The notes under the pieces: generated by a model | The model's input: only the letters and a program-made list of their open reading frames with translations | Told to the model about the DNA's origin: nothing | Databases searched by the model: none | DNA from: Phycisphaera mikurensis NBRC 102666 | Lineage (GTDB): Bacteria > Planctomycetota > Phycisphaerae > Phycisphaerales > Phycisphaeraceae | Direction: 5' to 3' | DNA: 32,000 nt | Assembly (NCBI RefSeq): GCF_000284115.1 | Contig: NC_017080.1 | Location: 2,550,001-2,582,000, forward strand | Translations under genes and position numbers: made by a program | In this document: positions 8,321 through 16,365 of the stretch, piece after piece | Layout: the number at the start of each line of letters is the position of its first letter | How positions within the stretch are numbered: position 1 is the stretch's first letter

Positions 8321-9070
8321 TCAGCCGCCGGGCAGGGGCGGGGGAGCGGCGGCGGGAGCGGCGGGAGCGGCGGCAACGGCCTCGGAGAGCCGGTCGGTGC
8401 CGGCGTTGCGGAGCGCCTCGACGAGGTCCGCGGCGACCGCGACCTCCGCGGGGCTCTTGAAGGCCTTGAGCACCGCGGCGCGGTTCCGCAGCGGCATCGC
8501 GGCGAGCCAGGAGACGACCTCTTCGGCCTTGCCCTCCTCAAGCAACCGCTGTGCCACGCCCTTGGCCTGCTTCGCCGGCAGCGCCGTGAAGGTGGCGACC
8601 GCCCGCTGGAAGTCGGCGTCGTCCCGCTGCGCACGCTCCGCCTCCAAGAGCGCAGCAACGGCCTGCTCCCGTGCGCGGATCTCCTCGAGCCGCTCGTCCA
8701 CCCAGGCCCGGTCCTGCGCCATCCGCTCGCCGATGGCGTCGCCCTCCTCCCGCATCCGCTCGAGCCGGTGCAGGACCAGCTGCTCGCCGGAGAGCCGCTC
8801 GGCGAGGCGCTCTTCCAGCGGCTGCGGGCCGTCGGAGACCGAAGCGAGGTACGTGAGGTCCCGCTGCGTCGCCAGCGTCTCCGCCTCGAGCGTCGCCTCG
8901 GCCTCCGCGGCACGGGCCGCCTCGGCGACGGTCGGCTTGAAGAGATCGATCGCCTCGCGGACCCGCTCGCCGGAGAGGCGTCCGCTGGCCGCGAGCCAGA
9001 CGCCGCCGGCGGTCGCCGCGAGCAGGTGGACGGCCACCATCAGCACGATGACCGCCGCCAGCGTTCTCAA
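8321..9070 (-). CDS. MotE/MgtE_N-like flagellar-associated membrane protein
   Basis: 249 aa: N-terminal TM helix, coiled coil, then a compact helical domain (FTALPAKQAKGVAQRLLEEGKAEEVVSWLAAMPLRNRAAVLKAF). Lies between fliJ and fliK. TTG start overlaps the fliJ stop (TTGA). Confidence 0.65.
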   Translation of the reverse strand: MRTLAAVIVLMVAVHLLAATAGGVWLAASGRLSGERVREAIDLFKPTVAEAARAAEAEATLEAETLATQRDLTYLASVSDGPQPLEERLAERLSGEQLVLHRLERMREEGDAIGERMAQDRAWVDERLEEIRAREQAVAALLEAERAQRDDADFQRAVATFTALPAKQAKGVAQRLLEEGKAEEVVSWLAAMPLRNRAAVLKAFKSPAEVAVAADLVEALRNAGTDRLSEAVAAAPAAPAAAPPPLPGG

Positions 9071-9549
9071 GCCGGCGCCCCGGCCAGCACGCCGCGGCGG
9101 CCGGACAGCCGCTCCTGGAAGAAGCGCGTCGCGGAAAGGTCGTCCAGCGCGGCCTCCTCGCTGCGCTCGCGGGCCCGGCGACGGGCCCGGAGCTCCTGCT
9201 CGGCGAGCAGCTCCAGCGACCGGCGGCGCCGAACGGCCTCGTTGAGCTTGACCCGGCCGCCCGCCAGCTCACGCTCCAGCTGGGCGAGCCTGCCGACGAG
9301 CTCGCGGCCGCGGCCGGCGGTGTCGCCGCAGTAACGCGCGACCGCTCCGACCGCACCCAGATCGACCCGGCCCAACAAGCTCTCGCCGAGTTTCCGCTTG
9401 GATGCGTCGAGCGTCTCCTGCATCCGGCGGAGCTCGTCCATCAGGATCATCCGCAGGCGGAGCGTCCGGGCGACCGCCTGCTGCGCCGACGTCTCGGCGG
9501 CGGAGGCGGCGGTGAGGGCGGCGTGGTAGCGGGTGGAAGGGGCGGCCAT
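9067..9549 (-). CDS. fliJ: Flagellar export protein FliJ-like
   Basis: Coiled-coil protein of about 160 aa directly downstream of fliI (MAAPSTRYHAALTAASAAETSAQQAVARTLRLRMILMDELRRMQETL). Confidence 0.7.
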   Translation of the reverse strand: MAAPSTRYHAALTAASAAETSAQQAVARTLRLRMILMDELRRMQETLDASKRKLGESLLGRVDLGAVGAVARYCGDTAGRGRELVGRLAQLERELAGGRVKLNEAVRRRRSLELLAEQELRARRRARERSEEAALDDLSATRFFQERLSGRRGVLAGAPA

Positions 9550-9636
9550 GATGGGGTTCAAGGTGGGGGGCGGCTTCTCGGGCCCGCGGCGATTATCGGC
9601 CGGAGCCCGGCGGAAGCTGCAGATCGACGCCGCGCT

Positions 9637-10998
9637 TCAGCGGCGCGGCGACGCCGCCGGCTCGTCCGCCATCGCGGCGAGCGCCAGCAGCTGCGCCCGG
9701 GTTGCGGCGAAAGCCGGCGAGGCGCTGCGGCTGGCCAGCCCCTGCCGCAGGAAGGTGTCCATCGCCGGCTTCATCGCGATCGCGCGGTCCGCTTCGGGCC
9801 GGGAGCCCGCGGCGTACGCCCCGACCGCGACGAGGTCTTCGACGTCGCGGTGGGCGGCGAGCAGCCGCAGGACCTCCAGCCGGGCCGCGTCGTGCTCGGC
9901 ATCGACGACGTGCGGGGCCACGCGGCTGATCGAGGCGCAGCAGTCGATCGCCGGGTGGTGGCCCCGCTCGGCGAGCTTGCGGTCGAGCATGAGGTGGCCG
10001 TCGAGCACGCCCCGGCACGCCTCGGAGACCGGATCGGCCCCGGCTTCCTCGCCCTCGACGAGCACGGCATAGAGCGCGGTGATGCTGCCGACGCCCCCCG
10101 CCCCGGGACCGGCCCGCTCGAGCAGGCGCGGGAGCGCCGCGAAGACGCTCGGCGGGAAGCCGCGCGTCGCCGGCGGCTCGCCCGCCGCCAGGCCCACCTG
10201 CCGCTGCGCCTGCGCGAAGCGGGTGACCGAATCCATGAGCAGCAGGACGTCGGCCCCGCCGTCGCGGAAGTGCTCGGCCACGCAGGTCGCGGCGCGGGCG
10301 GCCCGGAGGCGCATCGGTGCCGGCTCGTCCCCGGTCGCCACGACCACGACCGAGCGGGCCAGGCCCTCGGGTCCCAGCGTCCGCTCCACGAACTCGTTGA
10401 CCTCGCGCCCCCGCTCGCCCACGAGGCCGACGACCACGACGTCGGCCGCGCAGCCGCGGGCGCAGGCGGCCAGCAGCGTGCTCTTGCCGACGCCCGGCGG
10501 CGCGAAGATGCCCATCCGCTGGCCGCGGCCCAGCGGCATGAGGCCGTCGATCGCCCGCACGCCGGTCGCGAGAGGCTGCCCGATGAGGGCCCGGCCGCAG
10601 GCCCCCGGCGGTGGCGCCTCCAGCGCCCGCGGCGTCCAGCCTCGCAGCGGCCCGCGTCCGTCGATCGGCCGGCCCAGCGCGTCGAGCACGCGGCCGAGCA
10701 GGCAGCCGCCGACCGGGAAGGTCGCCGCGGCCGAGGCCTGCTCCGCGTGGGCCGGATCGCCGGGCCGCAGCCCGTCGGCCTCGGCCAGCGGCAGCAGCAC
10801 CGCCCGCCCGCCCTCGAAGCCCACCGCCTCGGCGGGGACCGCCGGCCGGCCGCCGCCGCGGACCAGCCGCACGGTGGTGCCGATCGCGACGGCGAGCCCC
10901 TCCACGCACACCGACATCCCGCGGATCTCCGAGACGCGCCCGCTCAGCCGCGGGGCCACCGCCGCCTCGATCGCGGCGAGACGCTCTGCCGTTCTCAC
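9637..10998 (-). CDS. fliI: Flagellum-specific ATPase FliI
   Basis: 453 aa with Walker A GIFAPPGVGKSTLL, GLVGERGREVNEFVE, and VLLLMDSVTRFAQAQRQVGLAAGEPPATRGFPPSVFAALPRLLERAG. GTG start overlaps the fliH stop (GTGA). Confidence 0.95.
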   Translation of the reverse strand: MRTAERLAAIEAAVAPRLSGRVSEIRGMSVCVEGLAVAIGTTVRLVRGGGRPAVPAEAVGFEGGRAVLLPLAEADGLRPGDPAHAEQASAAATFPVGGCLLGRVLDALGRPIDGRGPLRGWTPRALEAPPPGACGRALIGQPLATGVRAIDGLMPLGRGQRMGIFAPPGVGKSTLLAACARGCAADVVVVGLVGERGREVNEFVERTLGPEGLARSVVVVATGDEPAPMRLRAARAATCVAEHFRDGGADVLLLMDSVTRFAQAQRQVGLAAGEPPATRGFPPSVFAALPRLLERAGPGAGGVGSITALYAVLVEGEEAGADPVSEACRGVLDGHLMLDRKLAERGHHPAIDCCASISRVAPHVVDAEHDAARLEVLRLLAAHRDVEDLVAVGAYAAGSRPEADRAIAMKPAMDTFLRQGLASRSASPAFAATRAQLLALAAMADEPAASPRR

Positions 10999-11768
10999 GC
11001 TCCCTCCCCCGCGGCGGCACCCTCCGCCGCCGCCGGGGCCGCCTCCTCCGGCGGCCGCCCCTCCGCCGCTTCCGCCGCCTCCGCCCGCTCCCCCAGCAGC
11101 AGCACGGCCAGCCGCTCCAGCTTCGTCGCGACGCCCGCGTCCACCCGCCCCGCCCCGTGCGTCACCACGCAGCCCCGCGGCGGCACCGCCGCGTCCGCCT
11201 CCACCCGCACCGCCCCGCCGCCGGCGGCCGCGAGATCCGGCAGCGCGGCCTTCACCCGCTCGAGCTCCTCGGGCGCGACGCGCACCACCGCCTGCACCGG
11301 CTCGAGCACGTGCGACAGCGCCTCCCGCACCGCGTCCACCGCCGCGTCGGGCTGCGTGTCGAGGTGACGCGCCACCACCTTCTCCGCCAGCGCCAACGCC
11401 AGCCGCAGCACCGCCGTCTCCGCCTCGAGCCGCACGCTCTCCCGCACCGACGCCACACCCTCGGCGGCTTCCTTCCACACAGCGGCCACGTCCGCCAGTC
11501 GCGCCGACTCCGCCTCGCGCGCCTCCTCCCGCCCCGCCTCCAACCCCGCCGCGTGCCCCTGGGCCCGGCCCGCCGCCTCGCCCTCCTCGCGGGCCGCCGC
11601 CTCCGCCACCGCCGCCAGGCCGGCCGCCTGCTCCTTCGCCGCCTCCAACACCCCCTCTGCCTCGGCCCGCACCGCCTCACGCAGCCGCTGGGCCTGCCGA
11701 CCCAGGTCGGTCAGGTCAAGGACGACGGCGTGGGGCGAGCCGGCGGGATTCTTCTTGAGCAGCGGCAT
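10995..11768 (-). CDS. fliH: Flagellar assembly protein FliH-like
   Basis: 257 aa with Ala/Glu-rich coiled coil and C-terminal FliH/V-ATPase E-like domain (LALALAEKVVARHLDTQPDAAVDAVREALSHV...VRVAPEELERVK). Directly upstream of fliI. Confidence 0.82.
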   Translation of the reverse strand: MPLLKKNPAGSPHAVVLDLTDLGRQAQRLREAVRAEAEGVLEAAKEQAAGLAAVAEAAAREEGEAAGRAQGHAAGLEAGREEAREAESARLADVAAVWKEAAEGVASVRESVRLEAETAVLRLALALAEKVVARHLDTQPDAAVDAVREALSHVLEPVQAVVRVAPEELERVKAALPDLAAAGGGAVRVEADAAVPPRGCVVTHGAGRVDAGVATKLERLAVLLLGERAEAAEAAEGRPPEEAAPAAAEGAAAGEGA

Positions 11769-11950
11769 GGGGGCGGCACGGGGAGGCGTAAGCGGGGGAA
11801 GAGGACAAGAGGTCGATCAAGCGTGCCGGCAGGGCGGGATCGTGGCTGCAGCTCGGGTGGCGACGCAGCCGCCGGTTCGTCGCGACGCTTCGCCTCCGCC
11901 ATCCGGTCCCGCCCGCCCGCCCGCCGCGGCCGGGCTGCCCCCACCTCGCC

Positions 11951-12979
11951 TCAGACGATCAGGTCCTTGTCCCCCCCGCGGCCCTGGATGATGATCTCGC
12001 CCGCGTCCTCCAGGCGACGCACGATGTCGACGATCTTCTGCTGCGACGCCTCGACGTCGGCCACGCGGACCGGGCCCATGAACTGCATCTCCTCGCGGAT
12101 CATCGTCACCGCACGCTCGCTCATGTTCCGGAAGATCTTCTCGGTGAGTTCCTCGCTCGCCGTCTTGAGCGCGAGCGTGAGCTGGTCGTTGTCGACCTCC
12201 TTGAGCACCGCCTGAATGCCCTTGTCGTCGACCTGATTGATGTCCTCGAAGACGAACATCAGCCGGCGGATCTCGTCGACGAGCTCGGGCGACTCGTCCT
12301 CGAGCCCCTCCATGATCGACTTCTCGGTGGTGCGGTCGGTGAGGTTGAGCATCTCGGCGACCGTGCCCACGCCGCCGATCTTCTCGAAGCTCTGGCTGAG
12401 CATGCTCGAGAGGCGCGCCTCCAGCCCCGCCTCGACCTCCCGCACGATCTCGGGGTTCGTGTTGGTCATCCCGGCGACACGCTTCACCACCTCCACCTGC
12501 TTGGGGCCGGGCAACCCGCCGAGCACTTCCGAGGCCTTCGTGTAGGAGAGGTGGCTGACGATCAGCGCGATCGTCTGCGGGTGTTCGTCCTGGATGAACG
12601 TGAGCAGGTGGGAGCTCTCGGCCTTCTGCAGGAACGAGAACGGCGCCCGCCGCACCTGCTGGGAGAGCGAGCTGATCATCTGCTGCGCCTTCTCCTCGGG
12701 CAGCCCCGCGTTCAGCAGCGCCGTCACGCGGCTGAGCCCGCCCTCGCAGCCCCACTGCTGGCCCACGATGCCTTTGTAGAACTCCTCGAGCACCGCGTCG
12801 CGCACGCGCTGCTCGACCGGCGGCATCGTCGCCAGCTCGCGCGTGACCTCCTCGAGGGCCCGCTCGGGCAGCTGCGAGAGCATCGCACCCGCCGCCGCGT
12901 CCTCCAGCGCCGCCAGCAGCACCGCCGCCTTGCGGATGGGGGTGAGCTTCACGGGCGTGGGCGTGGCGGTCTCGGCCAT
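11951..12979 (-). CDS. fliG: Flagellar motor switch protein FliG
   Basis: 342 aa with LTPIRKAAVLLAAL, HPQTIALIVSHL, MFVFEDINQVDDKGIQAVLKEVDNDQLTLALKTASEELTEKIFRNMSERAVTMIREEM. Confidence 0.97.
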   Translation of the reverse strand: MAETATPTPVKLTPIRKAAVLLAALEDAAAGAMLSQLPERALEEVTRELATMPPVEQRVRDAVLEEFYKGIVGQQWGCEGGLSRVTALLNAGLPEEKAQQMISSLSQQVRRAPFSFLQKAESSHLLTFIQDEHPQTIALIVSHLSYTKASEVLGGLPGPKQVEVVKRVAGMTNTNPEIVREVEAGLEARLSSMLSQSFEKIGGVGTVAEMLNLTDRTTEKSIMEGLEDESPELVDEIRRLMFVFEDINQVDDKGIQAVLKEVDNDQLTLALKTASEELTEKIFRNMSERAVTMIREEMQFMGPVRVADVEASQQKIVDIVRRLEDAGEIIIQGRGGDKDLIV

Positions 12980-13007
12980 GGCGGGCGGCGGACGGGCGGG
13001 AGCGGGA

Positions 13008-14657
13008 TCAGTCGTCGGCTTCGACCCAGCGGCCGAGCAGGCTCCCGGCGTCGTCGGGGTTGGTCATGATCAGGTCGCCGATCTGCTCGGCGATGCGGCG
13101 GCTACGCACCTCCTCGTCGGAGATCTCGTGGCCCTCCAGGGCGCTGTCGGCGCCTCCGGCGTCGGCGATGAGGCTCGCGTCGAGCTCCAGGTCCTCGGGG
13201 ATGCCGGCGAGCTCCTGCACGCTGGGCAGCTCTTCTTCGCGGGACGCCCGCTTCACCAGGAACAGCATCAGCCCGACGGCGGCCAGGCTCAGGGCCACCA
13301 TCGTGCCCGACCCGGCCCAGGCGTCGCCGAGCGCCTCGACCGCCCGACCCGCGGCGCCTCCGCCGGCGGTGGCGACCGCGAAGCTGCCGCTGTCGTAGAT
13401 CATCTTCGCGACGACGGTGCCCGGGACCTCCACGCCGCTGACGCGGGTGGACACCTGCGGTTGGATCTGCTCGCGGATGCGGTCGAGCTCGCGGGCGATG
13501 ATCGGCTGAAGCTCGGCCTCGTCGGGCGCGGTCGCTTCCGCGTCGGCGGCCTGCGTGCTGCGGTAGACGGCGACGAACCACGAGCGCGGGACGTTGATGG
13601 TCACGTTCACCCGCTCGAGCGCGTGGCCCGCCAGCCGCTTGGTCGATTCCTCGACCGGGACCAGGGGCATGAACTCGGTTTCGGTCGTCGCCTCCGTCTC
13701 GACCTCCAGCACCGCCGGGCCGCCGTCGATGCTCATCTGCGTGTTGGGCCGCACGCCCGCCGCGCCGCTCCGCGGCTCGCGCCGCCGCTCGCTCTCGTCG
13801 TTTCGTTCGCGGAGCAGCGGCTGGCTCTCGCGGTACGAGAGGCTCTTGACCTGCTCCTGCTGCGTCGCGTTCACGGCCACGTTGACCGCGACCACCACGC
13901 CGGGGATGTGCCCGAGCAGGTCGTGGATCCGGGCCTTGTGGCGGCCCTCGAGGTTGTTCACCAGCTCCAGCAGGTCGCTGGGCACCATGTCGTCCTCCCC
14001 GGCGATCTCGTAGGAGCGGCCGGTGTTCGCGTCGATGACCTTCACGTCCTCGGGCCGCAGGTCCGTGATCGAGCTGGCGACCAGGTCGGCGAGCGCCTTC
14101 TGCATCTTCCGGGGGATGGCGCCGCCGTCCTTCATCTCCACCGTGACCGAGCCGGAGGACCGCTGGTGCGAGCTCCCGAAGGCGGTCCGCCGCGGCGGCA
14201 CGATGATGACCTCGGCGTTCTTGACGCCGCTCATCTTCCCGGCGACGCGGCCGACATAGGCCATCATCGCCTTGAGGAACTCGCGGTCGTTCTGCGCGTT
14301 GGTCATCCAGGGGCTGGACACCACGCCCGAGAAGGCGCCCGCCGCGTTCTCGTCGAGCATCGCGTCCTGCGCCAGCAGGGCGAGGGCACCCTCGAAGTCG
14401 CCGGACTTCACGAAGACCTGCGCCCCGCGGACCTCGGTCTCGAAGCCGGCCGACGCCAGCTTCATCACGACCTCGTCGGTCCGCCCGCTGGAGAACTGCG
14501 AGAGCGGCTGCAGGGTGGATTGCCCGGCGTACAGCACCGACAGCATCGCGACGAGCGCTGCGATGATCGCGAGCGACCCCACGAGCATCTTCGTCGAGAG
14601 CGGGACGCCGTCGAGGCGCTCGCGGAACACGAGAAACTGCCGGTTGACGAACTCCAA
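13008..14657 (-). CDS. fliF: Flagellar M-ring protein FliF
   Basis: 549 aa with an N-terminal TM, a YscJ/FliF domain (VKNAEVIIVPPRRTAFG..., ASVTVEMKDGG-like) and a C-terminal TM (VALSLAAVGLMLFLVKRASR). Upstream of fliG. Confidence 0.93.
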   Translation of the reverse strand: MEFVNRQFLVFRERLDGVPLSTKMLVGSLAIIAALVAMLSVLYAGQSTLQPLSQFSSGRTDEVVMKLASAGFETEVRGAQVFVKSGDFEGALALLAQDAMLDENAAGAFSGVVSSPWMTNAQNDREFLKAMMAYVGRVAGKMSGVKNAEVIIVPPRRTAFGSSHQRSSGSVTVEMKDGGAIPRKMQKALADLVASSITDLRPEDVKVIDANTGRSYEIAGEDDMVPSDLLELVNNLEGRHKARIHDLLGHIPGVVVAVNVAVNATQQEQVKSLSYRESQPLLRERNDESERRREPRSGAAGVRPNTQMSIDGGPAVLEVETEATTETEFMPLVPVEESTKRLAGHALERVNVTINVPRSWFVAVYRSTQAADAEATAPDEAELQPIIARELDRIREQIQPQVSTRVSGVEVPGTVVAKMIYDSGSFAVATAGGGAAGRAVEALGDAWAGSGTMVALSLAAVGLMLFLVKRASREEELPSVQELAGIPEDLELDASLIADAGGADSALEGHEISDEEVRSRRIAEQIGDLIMTNPDDAGSLLGRWVEADD

Positions 14658-14849
14658 GGGTCGGCTCCGCCGGGGTCGCTGCGATCAGCCCGCCGCGTCC
14701 TTGCGCCGGTCCCGCGGAACATCGGATGAAGCCCCACGCCGGCCGCAACTTCGGCGCGGGGAGTCGGGGGACCGGGAGCGACGCCGCGGGCGTGCCGGTT
14801 GAACGCGGATCCGGGCGGGTGCTGTGGTCCTTCGGGCTTGCCGCCGGTG

Positions 14850-15176
14850 TCAGACGCGGATCTGCTTCACTTCCTCGTACGCGTCCATCATCTTGTTCCG
14901 CACCTGCAGCAGCATCTTGAACGCGACGTCGGCCTTCTCGGTGGCCGTCATGACGGCGCCCAGGTCGGTCCGCTTGCCGGCGACGACGTCCTCGACGGCC
15001 TGGTGCGCCTCCTCCTGGAGCTGGCTCACCTCGGACATGTTCTTGACGAGCACGTCCTTGAAGGAGGGGCCCTCCGCCGGGCCCGTGGCCGGCGCGGCGG
15101 GCGGGCGGATCGGCGAGATCGGCCGGATCGGCGAGGCGCCGGCGCTGCCTTGGATGAGGCCGAGAGGATCGGACAT
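14850..15176 (-). CDS. fliE: Flagellar hook-basal body complex protein FliE
   Basis: 108 aa ending ...KRTDLGAVMTATEKADVAFKMLLQVRNKMMDAYEEVKQIRV, the canonical FliE C-terminus. Confidence 0.93.
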   Translation of the reverse strand: MSDPLGLIQGSAGASPIRPISPIRPPAAPATGPAEGPSFKDVLVKNMSEVSQLQEEAHQAVEDVVAGKRTDLGAVMTATEKADVAFKMLLQVRNKMMDAYEEVKQIRV

Positions 15177-15208
15177 GGTTTCACCGGATTCGGAATCGGG
15201 ATCGGGGC

Positions 15209-15610
15209 TCAGCCGATCAGGGACAGCGCCGCCTGCATCATGCGCTTCGTGGCTTCGGCCGCGGCGATGTTGGCTTCATAGCTCCGCGTGGCCTCGATGG
15301 CGTTGACCTGCTCGACCTCCGAGGACACGTTCGGGTACAGCACGTAGCCGTCGCCGTCGCCGTCCAGCGGGTTGCCGGGCTCGTAGCGCCTGCGGAAGGC
15401 GGAGGGGTCGTCGCGGATCTCCGACACGTGCACGCCCGCGCCGCCGCGCCCGTCGCCGGGCTGCAGCAGCACCATCTTGCGGCGGAAGGGCGAGTTGGTG
15501 ACGCCGTCGCGGGTTGCCGTGCCCGCGTTGGCGAGGTTCGCCGCGATGGCGTCCATCCGCGTGCGCTGCGCGACGAGGCCGGAGGTCGAGGTGTCGAGGG
15601 CGTGGAACAT
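15209..15610 (-). CDS. flgC: Flagellar basal-body rod protein FlgC
   Basis: 133 aa MFHALDTSTSGLVAQRTRMDAIAANLANAGTATRDG...YVLYPNVSSEVEQVNAIEATRSYEANIAAAEATKRMMQAALSLI. Confidence 0.95.
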   Translation of the reverse strand: MFHALDTSTSGLVAQRTRMDAIAANLANAGTATRDGVTNSPFRRKMVLLQPGDGRGGAGVHVSEIRDDPSAFRRRYEPGNPLDGDGDGYVLYPNVSSEVEQVNAIEATRSYEANIAAAEATKRMMQAALSLIG

Positions 15611-15824
15611 GGGCAGTCAGGGGCGGCGGGAACCAGGAGCACGCGACGGAGGATCGCAACGAGAGAAGGACCGAGTCAGGAACCGCGACGCCGAACCGAA
15701 GAAGCGTGCCCCGCACCCGCCCGCCTGCGTCTCTGCGTCTCTCCGCCTGCCCACCTCTAGACCGGGTCTCTTCATCACGTCGTCTCTCCGTCTCTTCTAC
15801 TCCTCCGACTCTTCCTCCAAACCC

Positions 15825-16259
15825 TCAAAGCCTCTCCCGGATCGCCGTGTTCAGGGACGCGAACTGCCGCCTCAGCATCGTGATGGCGAAGCCGTGGGCC
15901 ATCTGGTTCTCCGCGAGGTCCTGCATGAGGCGGTCGAGGTCGCGGTTGTTGCGGTCGTGGAAGAGCACGTTCTCGTCGCGCGCGATCGGGGTGGCCTCCA
16001 GCCGGTCGCGGCCGAAGCGGAGGCTGCCCGAGCCGGAGAAGGTCAGGCCCGTCCGCTGCGGGGAGCGCCTCGCCCGGCGGCGGTCGATGGCCGCGCCCAG
16101 CTTCCGCTGGAACTCGTCCACGGGGAGGTCCGCGGGCCGGAAGTGCGGCGTCGACAGGTTCGCGATCGAGTGCGCGAGCACGCCCTGCCGGGCCTCGGTG
16201 AACTGCACCAGCCGCTCGAGAGCGGGCGAGGCGCCGTGGTGGGAGAGTTCAGCGATCAC
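15825..16259 (-). CDS. flgB: Flagellar basal-body rod protein FlgB
   Basis: 144 aa with SPALERLVQFTEARQGVLAHSIANLSTPHFRPADLPVDEFQRKL. GTG start. Confidence 0.88.
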   Translation of the reverse strand: MIAELSHHGASPALERLVQFTEARQGVLAHSIANLSTPHFRPADLPVDEFQRKLGAAIDRRRARRSPQRTGLTFSGSGSLRFGRDRLEATPIARDENVLFHDRNNRDLDRLMQDLAENQMAHGFAITMLRRQFASLNTAIRERL

Positions 16260-16273
16260 GTCGGGGATCCATG

Positions 16274-16289
16274 AGCAACGGCCGTGCCA
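16274..16289 (-). promoter_or_regulatory. Sigma54 (RpoN) -24/-12 promoter for flgB: TGGCACGGCCGTTGCT
   Basis: The plus strand reads AGCAACGGCCGTGCCA; the reverse complement TGGCAC-N5-TTGCT is an exact match to the established TGGCACG-N4-TTGCW consensus. Confidence 0.8.
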
Positions 16290-16365
16290 GCCGCCCGTCC
16301 GCCTGCCCGCCCGCTCCGCGGAGACAGGCGGGCCTGTTGCCGCGGCGTGCGGGCTTGGGGCGTGT

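Noticed and set aside
8426-8434. Isolated GGTCCGCGG, possible further copy of the 46-bp element
   Set aside because: No CCGCGGACC-like partner at the expected upstream position. The same is true for 16127-16135, and CCGCGGACC at 10856-10864 has no right arm.
9593-11020. 475-aa minus-strand ORF overlapping fliI
   Set aside because: Same region in a different frame is genuine FliI with Walker motifs; this frame is Arg/Gly-rich noise.
12843-14729. 628-aa plus-strand ORF opposite fliF
   Set aside because: Shadow ORF of the GC-rich fliF gene, no recognisable domain.
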